Source: Adineta vaga
Taxonomy: Eukaryota; Animalia; Rotifera
Assembly (NCBI GenBank): GCA_021613535.1
Contig: CP075496.1
Location: forward strand, 2,976,001 to 3,040,000
Direction: 5' to 3'
Length of the DNA: 64,000 bases
Shown: positions 62,872 through 64,000 of the stretch, piece by piece
Layout: the number at the start of each line of letters is the position of its first letter
How positions within the stretch are numbered: the stretch's first letter is position 1
Notes under the pieces: model-generated
What the model was told of the DNA's origin: nothing
Databases searched by the model: none
What the model saw: the letters and a program-made list of their open reading frames with translations, nothing else
Translations under genes and position numbers: made by a program

Positions 62872-64000
62872 CTAATATTGTCGTCGATAGGCTCCTAATG
62901 GTTCGACATTAGTTACAAAAAAACTTTCATCGAAACGTTGTTCAGATCGACGTCCCATATCATAACGGCATACTTGTGTTGTATTTCTCATTCCGCCATA
63001 AATTGATTCACCACTAGTGCCAAAACCATTGAGCGATGTTGAGCCATAATTTCGTTGAGTATATTCGATATAACATGTTCGATAGACAACAAATAAAGAA
63101 ATTGATATTCCAATAATAAATATGATCGAAATCGTAGCAATCACTGTTGAACGTTCGATAGCACCTTGAGTTATTAAAGATGTTCGACCATATAGGGCAT
63201 CTATTCAAAAAAAGAATATTTAAAAAGAGTCTTATTTATGATAGATTTGGTTACCGTAAACTCCTTTATGTTTTTGTATTGGTTCAGATAAAGGTGTTTC
63301 AATGCTAAATTGTTGTTGTATTTGACGAATTTCATAATGTGTAGGATTAGTTTCTTCGACAGGATCACTTGATGATGATGGTGATGGTGGTTGATCTAAT
63401 GACAAAGATAAATCTGATAATAGCTGTGCTAATTTCTTTTTTGTTTGCTCCTCTTTAAAATCAGATCGTTTTCGTCGTCGTAATGCAATAATACTTCCAC
63501 CATCTTCATCAATATAGTCAAATGGTGCAGAATCAGTTGTTAATATTGAAGATGAATTTTTTGTATTCGATTCTGTACGATGCAATGTTGATGATCGTCG
63601 TGTTTCTGGACATAAACGCTACGAAAAAGAAGATATTCTAAATAAAATCAAAATTATTTATTTTTTACTTCTTGACAATATTCTGTTCGCCCAGAGCATA
63701 TAGCTATTGAACAACGTAAATAAACAATTGATGTTGTCTCGAATTTTTGTATTTGAAAAACAGTACTTTTCAGATGTATTGGATCCATGCGTTGGAATCG
63801 TACTGTGACATGTGAATCTAATGATGGACAACGATTTGTTGTTAAAGAAAGTTTTTCTAATTTAACTTCATTATCAGATACACTAGATGCAATTGAACAA
63901 TTTTCTGCAATGATTTGATGATAATCAGAATCATGTTCGACTTTAAAAATAGAAGAAAAGAAAAAATGTTTTTGTAAAAAATTCTTTCGAAAATCAAACC
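62872..64000 (-). CDS. ZP-domain (cuticlin-like) membrane protein, 3' part only
   Basis: Exon ~63670-63940 encodes CSIA..CPSLD..FQIQKFETTSIVYLRCSIAICSG..YC (ZP-C pattern), then RRRKRS furin site and a TM helix ATISIIFIIGISISLFVVY. Confidence 0.75.

Noticed and set aside
1-64000. CRISPR arrays, rRNA, prophage or intact mobile elements
   Set aside because: None detected by eye; the window is eukaryotic gene-dense DNA.

Overview
AT-rich eukaryotic animal genomic DNA with many short (about 45-65 nt) GT-AG introns. The compact genes, intron sizes and interspersed genes of non-metazoan type suggest a bdelloid rotifer (Adineta/Rotaria-like); this is inference, not proven. Conserved metazoan genes: SLC22-like transporter, ZnT/SLC30, RPL15, RNASEH2C, a chromoshadow-only protein, RFK, AKTIP, WDR59, CLPB/Skd3, SPATA1, a discoidin protein, RPS3, NEK4-like kinase, a partial ZP-domain gene and two identical tRNA-Gly(TCC). 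Probable horizontally acquired, intron-bearing genes: pentapeptide-repeat protein, ASCH, peptidase C45, Tm-1-like fusion and Mpr1/Spt10-type GNAT. Main observations: (1) three operon-like same-strand clusters with 61-123 nt spacers and apparently unpaired splice acceptors just before the downstream ATG (chromoshadow-RNASEH2C-RPL15, AKTIP-RFK, CLPB-WDR59), consistent with polycistronic transcripts resolved by SL trans-splicing; (2) a 4-kb foreign-gene island in which an ASCH ORF overlaps the start codon of a C45 hydrolase, facing a fused Tm-1-like gene. Spliced gene models were assembled by eye, so exon boundaries may be off by a few nt.
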